Shown here piece by piece: positions 27,801 to 41,117 of a DNA stretch of 64,000 bases; position 1 is the stretch's first letter; every line of letters begins with the position of its first letter. A program made the translations under genes and the position numbers. The stretch is from Ylistrum balloti (taxonomy: Eukaryota). The notes below the pieces were generated by a model. The model saw nothing but the letters and a program-made list of their open reading frames with translations. It did no database searches and was not told the DNA's origin. The stretch is taken from assembly GCF_031769215.1 (NCBI RefSeq), contig NW_026782621.1, positions 868,001 through 932,000 on the forward strand. Reading direction: 5' to 3'.

Positions 27801-30800
27801 CTGACGGACCAAAGTACTTGTCGATGAGAAAATTAAGACTTACTGTAATAACAAAGTGTGAAGATGCTGTAGATGTTGTACAGAATCTGGGACGTCACAT
27901 ATCTCATTATGACTGATATCTAAGTACTGAAGATTGGACAATGACAACCAAAAATCTGGAAAAGAAAAGACATTTGTGATTAAAAGTGCTATTCAAATCA
28001 TTGTGGTCAGTTTTCATACATAAAGGAAAGTTGAATTGTGAATATTTGAAACAAAATGTGTGATTCTATTTACCTGCACAACAAGTTTGATCTCTCTGCT
28101 TAATAGTTGGGTAATATATGACTGAATTTCTTTGTTTGGTATAATCATATATTACAAACCAAGTCTGGTGGCCATACAGAAATCAGTAGCCATTGTATGT
28201 TCCAAAACCATTTAATATTTCTGTATCTGAGGTCAAAGGTCAGAAGTGATCCAGATCATTGTATCATGGTCAACTGTACACTAAGTCTGATGTCCTTACA
28301 TGAAACAATGACTGAAATATGCTTTCAAAAGCTATAATTCTTTATCTGAGATCAATGGGTCAAAAGAGACATCATTTCTAAACAAGAAAGTAATTCCTCA
28401 TTGTGAACAAGGTGTCCAATTATGTCTGGGAAAAGATGTATAGATCAACATATAGTTGACAGAATATCACAATATTTCAGACTTAAAATTACCTTTAATT
28501 TGGTTAGAGCACAAAAAAAAAAAAAAAAAAAAAGAAAAATTAAAAAATAAAATGAAACAAATACATACCTGGTAAAGAGGTAATTTGGTTAGAAGACACA
28601 GTCAGTATTTGGAGATTGGATAGAGATCCCAATGTTGCCTGTAAAATTCATTGTAATGTAGCTATTAGTGGCATATACGAAGAGAACACAATTGTTTTAC
28701 AAACCTGTATATATTGTATCTGGAAATGTTTAAAAAAAATTATAATGTGGAATTACCTTCAAAGGAACAGTAAGCTTGATCTCCATTTACCAAGTTTTGT
28801 ATTTAACTTGAATGAAGTACACTACTGCGTGATAAAGATTTTAGGAAAGTCATAAACTGAAGTCTGTTACTCACTGGTAATGTTTTAATGCTATTCTTCT
28901 GTAAATAAAATTCCTTTAGGCCACGTAAACATCCAATTTCCTCAGGCACTTCACCCAAATTATTACCAGATAGATTTAGGAGTGATAATTGGGACCCGAA
29001 ATAGCCAATCCTTTCAGGACACTGGCTAATCTGACACTCACTACAACAAGAAAAAGAGAAAAATGTGTTAGTGATAATTCTGATGAATCTGGTCCACATT
29101 CCTGATACTACTTTGACCTAATCGAGGTCAGTCATACAAGACTGAATGGTGTGGGGCATAATTCTCTCATTTACACTGTATATTGAATTCCCGCTGCCAG
29201 GGGATATCTATATCAAATTTAGTTAAAATCCTTTCACCCTCACAAATAGATAAGTAAACTTCAGATAGGGACATCTATTATATAGTTTCATTCCTTTTCT
29301 TCACCCAAATACCTTTGTATTCATATGTCTCACAAAACCTCTTCATCTTACCAGTGGTATGAAGAGGTTTACTCAAAGTCAGGAATTTACATGAAGGCAA
29401 TACTATGCTAATAATAACTCACATAGATGATTGAATTACGGGTACAAATAAAGGTGTACCTGAGAATGACAAATAAAGGTTTACCTGAGAATGACAAATA
29501 AAGGTTTACCTGAGAATGACAAATAAAGGTTTACCTGAGAATGACAAATAAAGGTTTACCTAAGAATGACAAATAAAGGTTTACCTGAGAATGACAATGA
29601 CAAATAAAGGTTTACCTGAGAATGACAAATAAAGGTTTACCTGAGAATGACAATGACAAATAAAGGTTTACCTGAGAATGACAAATAAAGGTTTACCTGA
29701 GAATGACAAATAAAGGTTTACCTAAGAATGACAAATAAAGATTTACCTGAGAATGACAAATAAAGGTTTACCTGAGAATGACAAACAAAGGTTTACCTGA
29801 GAATGACAAATAAAGGTTTACCTGAGAATGACAAATAAAGGTGTACCTGAGAATGACAAATAAAGGTGTACCTGAGAATGACAAATAAAGGTTTACCTGA
29901 GAATGACAAATAAAGGTTTACCTGAGAATGACAAATAAAGGTGTACCTCAGAATTACAAATAAAGGTTTACCTGAGAATGACAAATAAAGGTTTACCTGA
30001 GAATGACAAATAAAGGTTTACCTGAGAATGACAAATAAAGGTTTACCTGAGAATGACAAATAAAGGTTTACCTGAGAATGACAAATAAAGGTTTACCTCA
30101 GAATTACAAATAAAGGTTTACCTGAGAATGACAAATAAAGGTGTACCTGAGAATGACAAATAAAGGTTTACCTGAGAATGACAAATAAAGGTTTACCTGA
30201 GAATGACAAATAAAGGTTTACCTGAGAATGACAAATAAAGGTGTACCTGAGAATGACAAATAAAGGTTTACCTGAGAATGACAAATAAAGGTTTACCTCA
30301 GAATGACAAATAAAGGTTTACCTGAGAATGACAAATAAAGGTGTACCTGAGAATGACAAATAAAGGTGTACCTGAGAATGACAAATAAAGGTTTACCTGA
30401 GAATGACAAATAAAGGTTTACCTGAGAATGACAAATAAAGGTTTACCTGAGAATGACAAATAAAGGTTTACCTGAGAATGACAAAGAAATATTTACCTAA
30501 GGTTGATTTCTGTAATAACGTTAAGATGATCACATGGACGACAGTCAAGGTCACATGGGCGCTTATGTATGTCACAGGCATCGGGACAGAAACAACACAT
30601 TTTACACGTCACAAAACGGCACTGGGGATCTGCCAAGTTTTTACTACACCTGTTAAAAATGTGAAAACAATACTGTACGTATCACTCCTGAAATGCTGAT
30701 TATTGCAGACAAGCATGGCGAAAATAATAAGTAAATACACTTTACTTAACGTTTTTTTTTTCAAACGAAGAAATATTTCAATGTGATTAAGTTGGAATTT

Positions 30801-31666
30801 TCATTAACATGTTCATGACTCATTTCAGATAATATCAATCAGAGTTTATGTGAAGCAGTGTAATGAGTATGAGTTTTATGTTAAATTTAATATAATACTG
30901 AGCACAGTTATAAACTTTGAAAATTGGCTCAAACAATTGTTTACCTGACACATGGAACCTCAACCTGACTACAGAGGACAGTCTCAAACCTGATAAGGTC
31001 TTGATACAAATCAGCCGTCTACAATAAAAAGAAAATACAATACATCTGTATTTACCATACAAAATTGAACAGGCCATTAATTGGTATTTTAGTCATTTAA
31101 GGAATGTAATAAATTGATAAAGATTCACAATATCAGAAAATCACAGCAATTGTTAAACAATATAACCATTCTACCAATACTGGTCGACTTTACTGAAATG
31201 TATGTGATGTACATTTCTTTGATATCGCAAAAATATATTGTTAAGGTTTACATCTGACAGACATCGATCTACAACAGATCATAAAATAATACCTTTAATT
31301 GCATATACAAGTATAACAAAAAGTTGGTCTCAAGAAATGATTTGGTAACAAGGAAAGTCTAAGGAGAACAATGTAGTAGTAATATGTAACAAATATTTCA
31401 AAACTCACTGGTACTTTTGGTCTTTTAAAAGTGAACTTGGCCCCCATGTTTGGTAGATAGGTGAGGGAGGAATGTGGTTTCCGTTGGCCATTTTCCCTCT
31501 GATGGCTAGGATGTGCTAAACGCATGACATGGTAGATAGCCCACACTATTGAGTAACAAAGAGAGCTGGCTATGGCCACAGCTATAGTGGTTGTCTGTAC
31601 ATCTCCACTGAAGAAGATGAAGTCATTGGCTACGACAGACAAGTACTGGTAACAGAAACTGGCCAT
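24844..31666 (-). CDS. Leucine-rich repeat protein (LRRC58/LRRC28-like C-terminus) with N-terminal hydrophobic segment
   Basis: Ten phase-compatible exons: 31666-31409, 31018-30945, 29040-28875, 28638-28569, 27955-27844, 27377-27323, 26611-26451, 25888-25767, 25679-25497, 24992-24844, giving 449 aa. About 9 typical LRRs (e.g. LSLLNLSGNNLGEVP, LQYLDISHNEICDVP, LQRLDVSDNCLNSVP), an NPF cap, VPALFELAFRTV, and C-terminal CTSC...LCSAAC. Confidence 0.85.
29447..30485. repeat. 25-bp satellite (~41 copies) inside LRR gene intron 2
   Basis: Unit gagaatgacaaataaaggtttacct with few variants (gtgtac, cctca, cctaa). Confidence 0.97.
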
Positions 31667-32844
31667 TACTGAAAAAGAAAAGCAGTTTGCGATGTAATAG
31701 TATATATCAACTGTATATCAAGACTGCATGGAAACTAATAGCAAATGTATACCTATTTATCACTATTATCTTGAATGATCAAATGTTAAATTCTCTTATA
31801 AATACAAGCTAGACAGGGTAAGTCTTTGCAATTCAGATTAATGTAAGATTTAAAGCACCAAGAAAATAAGTTAAGGCAAGACTCAATTCCTTATAAAGAT
31901 TTTGTTAATTTCTTTGTGACTACAGATGAGAGAAAAGAAATTAACACAGGATTGAGTGTTTAATTCTACTCATGTGTAAGGGTTTCAAGAGCTACAATAG
32001 GTAGGGATGTGCCTTGGAACCTTTGAGTGAGGTGCTAAGTACTCCTGTAACTGGCAGGAGATCCGATAGTGTTATCGTTCTTGGGTCGATGAGCCCTGTT
32101 TTTGGGGATGAGTATGTTCGAGTGGTTTATGTGTTAGTGTAATGTTTAGTAGAAGAGGTTGGTACATGTGCATAGTCTTGTTCTGAGTGTTGGCCATTGA
32201 AGACTGTATAGTATGTTGGTGGCTGAGTTGATGTTGCGATGTTTGTTTTAGACATTACACTGTTTTATAGGTTTGGTCTCACTATTGCTTTATACCCACA
32301 CTGTACCATTATGTAAGCATATTGTTTGATATGCAACAAGCTTATCTTTTTAAGTCACATTTCAAAAACCTACAGATCTGCTTCCATTCCATGCAATATT
32401 ATTGCTGTGTCTGTCCTGTTGTAGATTTTATATTAATCAATTAGATTCAGATAGGTTAGGAATAGATACAGTTGGAGAATGTCAGCAGCACTTCCATATT
32501 TACAATAACTATCATGATGCTATATACCTGCCCAGTTAACAGCATATATCTTACACAATATAGAGGTAAATTCTGTTTCATGCAACCTCAATGATTCAAC
32601 CAAGATTGGCAGTGACTACTTCATACTTATGTATTACTACAGCAACTCAAAATGTACCTGAACACCTCCATCACGGAAAGTTGACATCTTCCCAAACAAA
32701 AAAGATGACTATGAGGTAATGTGTTTTTACCTGTTTTCATTCCTAATTTTTGCAATTTCAAATTTTAAAGGCTTCATGCCATTCTGTATGCAAGAGTTAA
32801 AAATTTTGAGCAAAGTACACTCTAGATGAGAGAATCTACACAAG

Positions 32845-33030
32845 AAGGTGCCTCAGTGGCCGTGATCTCTAATGAGTTAACCAGAATAGCCAAATGCTGT
32901 CATTTGTGAGCTGCAAACATCTCATTTTAGTATTGGGTTCGATTTTTATATGAGGCAATGTCTGCTGGGTTTGCTGTCCCCATGATGGTACAGCGGTTTT
33001 CCCTGTGGTTTTGCTTCATCATCAGACAGC
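32845..33030 (+). mobile_element. Possible decayed tRNA-derived SINE
   Basis: ggtgcctcagtggccg...gggttcgatt (A/B-box-like), followed by a gcggttttccctgtggtttt-like body. Confidence 0.3.
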
Positions 33031-35935
33031 AATGGTGATGGTTGTTAGTGCACTCTGACGGGGGCTGGGAGAATATGAACAAATATATTGATATGCAGTT
33101 CATTGTGCATACTGGTATATGTGATATATCTAGGTACAGGAGGTGGTGGATGTTGATAATATAGATATATATAGACTACATGGTCAGTGTCTGAGATTAG
33201 AAGCTGTATTTTGGCGAGGGTAAAGAAAGACAGAAGGGTCCAGCCTTTGCCATTCTGTCCCGAGCCAAAGTACAGATTACGTTTTAAGACACTGACCATT
33301 TATTCTATCCTGCAACACTGATTGAAAATCAGACTACTGAAACTTGAACAGTTTTGTTGTTCAATCTGTGTTTATCTGATGTTGACATTACGCTGAATTT
33401 TGCCTGATAACGGATGCCACAGAAATATAGTTCCAAACTTCATCAGATATATCAGTGATTTCATTAATTTTCCTATATCAACATTTTCATTACAACATGT
33501 AATGGCAGCGCTAGTTGCAGGGTAAAAATATTACCAATGCCACAGACACCAAGCTCAGCAATCTCCTGTGAATTGTCTGTAAATTTGTAGTACAGCTGTA
33601 TAGCAGTTGGTGCCTAGACAAGGAAAAACATGACTATATGTGACAGTCCCATTATCGTAGATCTTAGCTTGGTGCATGGTTTGCATGAAGCGTGTTTTTG
33701 AACCGGTCTTTTCGTGCACATGCTTATCATTCATGCGATTAAAGTGTAGTCTGTGATATTTTTGTTAACTTTACCAACTGCTGCTGTTGACAAAGCATCT
33801 GTCTGATAAATGTGACGTCGCTAATAACGTGAATAACAAATGAGACGGGGAAAATGAGGACTTTGTCTTGTGCACGTGAACAAAGCACACCAATACGGAA
33901 CGATACTTAATTAGGCTTTGCACTAATTTCTGTTAATCATATGTTTATCTTGTGTCTATGTGATAAATCATCTGATATATTGCTAAGTAATAAAGCTCTT
34001 AAATTAACATCTAGACATATACCCAATGATGTGAATGTATCCCAATGATCATCTTCTTATACCATTGCAGACTTTCTTTTCCTGTACGACATGTTTCTTC
34101 TGTTTATGTTGGATTGTGTTGATCAATAAAGACTGTTTCCATTTCCGGTTGTTGCAAATATATTTGAAAATGTGCTAATTTTATTTTGCGTTGTTCTTCT
34201 AAGCAAAAACTGCCTATTACTTAATGCGGCTTATCTAAAAGAGCTACTAAAGATATGAGGGTTCCTTGAGTTGTATGTTATCAAGTTGTTCTTTATTTTA
34301 CGACATTCAAACAAAAAGTAGGATTCGGATCGCGGATCGATTGTATCGCGTTATGATTTTTACGGAGGCGAATACGGATATTAATAAACGAATTGACGTG
34401 TATATATGAATCATTTCTATCATATTCGAATTAACGACATCACTAAATCGGATTAATGATTCTCCTATGAGATATTTGATTTAAAAACAAGTATTAAACT
34501 CTCTTTTTTTATTATGAGTTTTGAAAGGTTTGATTTTAGAAAGTAGAGAGAGAGAGATTGATTTTGTCTTTGAACTCATGGTAAGGGGATGATACTTGGA
34601 TACTAAAAAGAAAATGCGAAAATCGGTTAATTTTTTTATTTGATTTAACAAGCTTTAAACTGCATAGCAACTAAAAATTTAAAATGTTTCCGAAATGACC
34701 AAAATACTTTATTTGACAATCTTCTAAAGTACTAAATTTTTCAAGCGAATTTATATTTGGATAGAGAAATTTTCGATAATACTGTTCATGATTACAAAAT
34801 AGGGGGCTGATCACTGTTCTTTCTGTTAAGTTGCAATTTTCACACAAATAAAACCTGTTCTTCCAAGACCAAGAAACAAGCTGAATTATTTTGTTTTCGG
34901 CCCTAAACTTGCGGGGAAATGGTCAGATTTCACGAATTTGAAACCTGTGATTTGTGGTAATAAGTCATGCAAAATTAAGTTAAAATCTGCCCAAAATACT
35001 CATAGGTATACTCAAAAGAATAACCTTAGCAACCTGAAAACGTTGGTATTGTTGACGCTAGCGACCGAATGACGTTGTCAACCTCACCGTCAAAAAATGT
35101 AGTCTACAAGCTATTTTTTTTTCAAAACGCCATGGAAATCACCTTTGTTAAGTATCCGATACAGCTGTAGATAAAGAAGGGCACAAGACTACAAAAGTCC
35201 ACGGTATGTCGCAATTCATTCTATATTGAATTTTGTCTTAATTTTTGATCAAACGTCAGGAAAACAGAATAAAGAAATAAGAAAGCTCTTGAATCTTAAC
35301 ATCATTACAAAAGTACATTTCACAAGCTTCATTGAACAATATCTTACTAGTTTATCAAAGATCTAGAAACGTAGAAATCATGTTATGAAATTACCAAGCT
35401 ATTGGACATTAATTCAAATCGGATCAGATCTCAGTTTTCAAATTTATGCTTTTGTCCTTCCTTAGAACGGGTTGATTTCTTTCTAATAAGCATGTTTGCA
35501 TGCCGTCTTAATTATATTTGCAATGTAATTCTTTACTGTGCGTTTGTTTCTAGATCTGCACCTGGAAGTTCAGCAATGTTCACACTTCTCTGGATCGCAG
35601 TATTAAAAGACATGATAGGTAGGGTTTTTTTCTTCTAACATTGATCTATATAACCTGAATCTTCTAGAATTACCTATCATAGTATTTCATGCTAGATCCA
35701 ACAATCAACTCTTAGGGAACACTCTTTTGAGCATGTATCTACCAGCTTATGATCAGCGTCGCTGCAGACTCATTCAACCCGCAGGGTAGCAGCTTCAACG
35801 GCAATAGATTATGAGGAAGACAGTAAAAAAATTAGATAGATCTTTAAGGATAGCACCAGCATAATGTAATGTAACACCATGTAATTAAATCAATTTATGA
35901 TAATGTACGTTCATGTGTAAACTAAATGGTAAATT

Positions 35936-36395
35936 ATCCGCCATGTTTGATATACATGTCGGTTTATTACAAGTGGAATCGTTGTCTCCGATACTTTCTT
36001 CATTAATTTGTCAATGATATGGAAAGTGAATTTATAAATTCTGGTTGTCAAAGTTATGAATTACAATTGATAAACTTTTTTAATTGTGATGTACACGGAT
36101 GATACTGTTTTATTCTCAGAGAATGTACTGACCTTCAACATATGTTAGATCATTTACAGAGGTACACGGAAAAAAGGAATTTAAATGTTAATACAGATAA
36201 AAAAAAATATACGGTTTTTAGAAAAAGAATGTTACCCTCTGAAAGTTGGACTTTCTACGGCAAATCTATCGGAATTGTTGATGTTTTGCTACCTCGGATT
36301 AGTTTTTACATATAGTGGAAGATTTACTATAGCACAAGATACATGATCATGTCAAGGCAGAAAAGCATATTATCACCTTAAAAGAAAAATGAAGG
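35936..36395 (+). mobile_element. Decayed non-LTR (LINE) reverse transcriptase fragment
   Basis: Frameshifted translation gives VGLLQVESLSPIL...(N)DMESEF...LIVMYTDDTVLFSEN..DLQHMLDHLQRYTEKRNLNVNTDK...YLGLVF. This matches RT motifs QGxxLSP, YADD and YLG. Confidence 0.75.
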
Positions 36396-36672
36396 ATATT
36401 GCCCTTACAGTAAGTATACAATCTTCATTCACACGTTTCTAATATGATGCTTATTAATGAGATTCTGTTAATAGACACGACATATTATTTCTTAAAACTG
36501 CAGAAAGGTTTAACAAAAAAGAATATTTAGATTTGTATACAAATAAAGAAACAAAAAGTAGACCCATGAAATAATTTAATAATATAATTGATAAATGAGA
36601 CAAATGCTGACAAATCTGAAACACTAGCACTTTTGGTAATATTTGATATAAGCTTGATAATATTTATTATAA

Positions 36673-36704
36673 TCATTCATTCATTCATTCATTCATTCAT
36701 TCAT
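36673..36704. repeat. (ATTC)n microsatellite
   Basis: Direct reading. Confidence 0.9.
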
Positions 36705-37160
36705 TACGTCCTTTAGTTAAAAACCTACAATCAAAACTGTCGAAAATCTACACAATTATGGTCGCTTTAAATAGCCTACTCTTTGGATTCGAGTCGTTCA
36801 AACTCGTCATGGTTCAAAGTTTTGTCTACACAATAGTTGATACCAACACAAGTTATTACTGATCAGACATTCTGATTAAACAATAAATTGTCATTGTAAT
36901 TTTAATTTTATATTAAGAAAAGATGTATCTTCAAGTTATCAAAGATTGTAGAAAATACCGTTTTAGTTTGTTGTTTTTAAAACATATATACATAAATTCG
37001 TGGATTAGAAGTACCCACAAAATCAACGAAAACAATTAACCCACAAATGATACTTTTATTATTAACTCTACCCTTTATTGACGGAAGTTTTTTTTTATCA
37101 AGGTATCAATGACGATCAGAAAAAAATGCAATATAAGATTTTTCCACCACTACCTAAAAA

Positions 37161-37162
<2 letters not shown>

Positions 37163-37195
<33 letters not shown>
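37163..37195. repeat. (AAT)n microsatellite just downstream of the GT31 stop codon
   Basis: Direct reading. Confidence 0.9.
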
Positions 37196-37196
<1 letters not shown>

Positions 37197-37197
<1 letters not shown>

Positions 37198-38348
37198 CAC
37201 AATAATACCGATGCTAGACATTTCAAATAATATTTACACATTTTTGAGACAGATGATTCGTTGGGGAAACCACGTAGAATTTTCTCAACGTTTAGAAATG
37301 CTTCCTTAGTTTTAAAATCATGGTACACCATATGTTTTGGGTCGGTGTATAATAAAAAAGACGGTTGATAAAATCGAGGTTCATGTTGCGGAATCATTCC
37401 TAATTTATGACTTACTATACTGAGGTAAATATCATCAATCCAAAAATATTTGACATATGGGAAAGCGAAGACCAATTTATTGGCTACTTCCTGAGACACT
37501 ATATAAGCTCCAGCGGTGAGGTAAGGAGGATATTTGTCAAATGGATACTCTTCTATCGTCACGTACCATTTTGATAGTTTGTACATGTGTGGCATTTGAT
37601 GGAAATATGCATATCCCACCATCAAATTAGCATTATTAGACTTGCACATGGCCCTGATGTATATCATGATATTTGAAAGCACTAGATAGTGGTCATCATC
37701 TACAAACATGATGTGGCTGGCTTTATGGCAATATTTGACAGCCCAACTGAATCCCATAATAGTTTTATATGCATTGTTGCTGTAAGCATCAGTGAAAGAC
37801 TCTTGTATAATATCTCCATGAAGAGATGCTTCCTCGTCAATTTTAAGTTGATGTTCAGGTCTATAACCTAATACATACACTATAACGATGTTGTCTCCTC
37901 TTGTCTTCCCCCATATCGCTCGAATACCATCACGTAATTGATAAATACTCACTGCAGATTTTACCAAAATTAATAAGGAATAGTCTTTTTCTGACTTGAA
38001 TTCACATTTCTCCTTTAAATGCATGTAATTGAATGGATGTGGATTAATTTCTTCTACTCCCTTGGGTAATCCCCCATATTTTTTAAAGTCTTGATACAAC
38101 GAAATGAAATCAGTTTCTGTTGGATAAGTAAATTCTGAGTAAGGTTTCAACTTGTTCATGTACGACACATGGATTCCTATCAGTGCACATAGTACCCACA
38201 CTATCGCTAAAAGGGACACAAACATCACACGTTGCGTCAGATACTTGCTGAACTTCATTATTATTGCGTTTACTGGATTACGACGGTATCTGTTCCTCGA
38301 CACGATACACCAAAATATCCTTTGGTTTATTCGAAGCCACCGCCCCAT
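37197..38348 (-). CDS. brn: Beta-1,3-galactosyltransferase brainiac-like (GT31), single coding exon
   Basis: 383 aa from the first ATG after a 3' splice site at 38361/38362 (the ORF-track start at 38405 is intronic). N-terminal TM, LLILVKSA..R..IR..WG, DIIQESFTDAYSNNAYKTIMG, FVDDD, YPPYLTAGAY, IDDIYL. The gene symbol denotes family-level similarity, not proven orthology. Confidence 0.9.
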
Positions 38349-38682
38349 TAGTACCTCAGACCTGTAAGAAATAAAAAGGATATCTGTTATGGTAGAATGG
38401 TTCAATTCTCTTCCATTTGTATATATATAAAAAAATAATTATAGTAGTTCGTAAAGTTAATAAATTTTCAAAACAAGACGATGATCAATTTATGAAATCT
38501 GTGATGATTTCCAGTTGAACATTGTTTTGTTGAAAAAGAATCCTGACGTATATAGCTTATATAAGCTATTCATTACACAATCTTACATACTGATTAGAAT
38601 CAAGAACATTCCTGCCCTAGAGCAAGATTTAAAAAAGAAAAAACCTGCAGAGAGTAATTCTCTCCGAATACATATAATTCTA

Positions 38683-38999
38683 NNNNNNNNNNNNNNNNNN
38701 NNNNNNNNNNNNNNNNNNNNNNNNNNNNNNNNNNNNNNNNNNNNNNNNNNNNNNNNNNNNNNNNNNNNNNNNNNNNNNNNNNNNNNNNNNNNNNNNNNNN
38801 NNNNNNNNNNNNNNNNNNNNNNNNNNNNNNNNNNNNNNNNNNNNNNNNNNNNNNNNNNNNNNNNNNNNNNNNNNNNNNNNNNNNNNNNNNNNNNNNNNNN
38901 NNNNNNNNNNNNNNNNNNNNNNNNNNNNNNNNNNNNNNNNNNNNNNNNNNNNNNNNNNNNNNNNNNNNNNNNNNNNNNNNNNNNNNNNNNNNNNNNNNN
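38683..38999. other. Assembly gap (317 N)
   Basis: Run of N. Confidence 1.
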
Positions 39000-40372
39000 A
39001 AGTAACATTTATTTTCTGTATTAGGCAACTGAAACGAACATAATTAAATATCACAACTTTCGGAATAAGTGGGCAACCAAGTATTGTAAACACTTCAGGG
39101 TTATATTTACATTTCTCCCTGATTCTGTCATGAAAGTCGATCAATGTGACAGGTCTATATATATATATAATATATATATAATAATCAAAATTAAGCCTGC
39201 TAATCTTGCAATATTCTAAAGTATATACACCTTCCCGCATTATCTGCAACTTTGTAAGCATTATTTGAAACATCAATTATGATATGACTGATAAAAATAT
39301 TCAAACTTTGAAAATGATTTCAAATTATTTCCAAACTATCAATAATATTTTGTCGATAGGTCTATGTAATAACATAAGATACGTGCAATGCAGTTTAATG
39401 ATGCAAGCTTCTGATCCAATAGAATAAAACTCGTGCATGAATTCATGATTCGCATGCAGGTAATAGCTGTTTTCATTCCAATGGATCCAGCGTTACAGCT
39501 TGGGTGTAGTGGAAAATACATGTGGTTTGGTCGGGCCTGTGCGCCAAGGCTACTTGTGACCGATAGATCAACGCCGGACAACAATGGTGTTTGTTGCAAG
39601 AGATGATATGACCTTCGTCTGATAAATCAATATTCCTATATCTTCGATTGATTGGGTTAGTGCAAACACCTTCAGGTAAACTCACAGTCAGCAAACCGAG
39701 TTACCAACATATAATATTCAGTGCATAGGAAAAACGAAAACATTGCGAGCGACAACATAAGTACATTTCTTATCAATGTAATCAGTATTTTCTCTTACTC
39801 CTCACTTCATTGGAACAAGCAGTGGTGGTATTTCACTGAATAATATTAGGATAATGCGTCTTATTATTTACAGCTTCTCAGGAGAATATTTGTACTAATT
39901 ATAATCAGTCACATAACCCACTTTTTGTTTTCTAGAAATCGTCCACACGATATGGCCACATGGGAAATATATTCTATCATTTCAATCGTATGACGCTCAT
40001 GTTCTCTTGTATATTTATCATACGAAACCTCAGGGGCATAATCACATTAAGTAGAATGTTCGTTTCGTTCTAATTTAATAGGTCCATTTCCACTTGCCTA
40101 GCATACAAAGTGTTAAGGTGAATCGGTTACCGGAGTAAAGAACGCAGTTCATATCACTCGGTTCAGTAATTATGGTGAGGTGTTATTATATGTGCACCGA
40201 AGACACTTGCAACACATTTTTTTCACTTAATCCAAATACACGCTTTGTTTCTGCGTTAGATAAAACATCACATTATCGTTAACGTTATGTCGTTGATTAT
40301 TTGTTTCCGTCTTTTGTCAAACATACAGCATATATTCAAACAGATTGGAGACCAAATAACTCCTATCTTAAA

Positions 40373-40707
40373 GATCATTTCACTTAAAGATCATTTCACT
40401 TACAGATCATTTCACTTACAGACCATATCACTTACATATCATTTCACTTACAGATCATTTCACTTACATCTCATTCCACTTAAAGATCATTTCACTTACA
40501 TAGCATTCCACTTACAGATCATTTCACTTACATATCATTCCACTTAAAGATCATTTCACTTACAGATCATTCCACTTAAAGATCATTTCAATTACAGATC
40601 ATTCCACTTACAGACCATATCACTTACATATCAGTTCACTTACAGATCCTTTCACTTACATATCATTCCACTTACAGAACATTCCACTTACAGATCATTC
40701 CACTTGT
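40373..40707. repeat. 16-bp minisatellite (~21 copies)
   Basis: Unit gatcatttcacttaca with variants. Confidence 0.92.
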
Positions 40708-40786
40708 GGATCAATCAAAACAGCAAAAGCATATCATAGACTGGATACATTTCAAATTAGTCAATAATAGGTATAACAACTTTTTC

Positions 40787-40885
40787 AGGCAGCTGGTCAA
40801 GGAGGCCATCTGGATACGCCGCAGCGGGCCAGTACTTATCAGGGACGAGATGGGCCACACATTTTCGCCGCCCATTTATGGTTAA
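40787..40885 (+). mobile_element. Penelope-like element remnant: C-terminal end of GIY-YIG endonuclease
   Basis: Translates RQLVKEAIWIRRSGPVLIRDEMGHTFSPPIYG*. This matches the KEAIxIR...NRDEG...Y motif at the end of PLE GIY-YIG domains. Confidence 0.7.
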
Positions 40886-41071
40886 GTGTACAACAAAGCG
40901 TATCAGAATCGATTACAGCGCGTTTGGTGCGTATTCATTATTTCACAATTTCGTCACATTCTATTTTCTAACACAATGTACATAGGATGATGGAATAACC
41001 GAAAAAGTCATGTCGATTCCGTGCCATTACGTACACTCCATAAGACAGTGCTAGTACACTTCACGCTGGTC

Positions 41072-41117
41072 ATTTCTCTGATGAAGATGACAGTGTCGTC
41101 ACCGAAACGCCAGAAGA
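41072..41117 (+). ncRNA. Degenerate minimal type-I hammerhead ribozyme (Penelope-associated)
   Basis: atttct-CTGATGA-a-g(a)tgac-agtgtc-gtca(c)c-GAAAC-gcc-agaag. Both catalytic boxes, stem II and stem I (ttct/agaa) are present. The cleavage triplet reads GCC instead of GTC. Confidence 0.6.

Noticed and set aside
33045-33310. 84-aa ORF after a good acceptor upstream of the LRR gene (possible N-terminal extension or uORF)
   Set aside because: It has no recognisable homology, and in-frame joining needs a weak donor (A|GTATGC). It stays undecided without RNA data.
38515-39276. ORFs spanning X runs
   Set aside because: They are created by the N gap.
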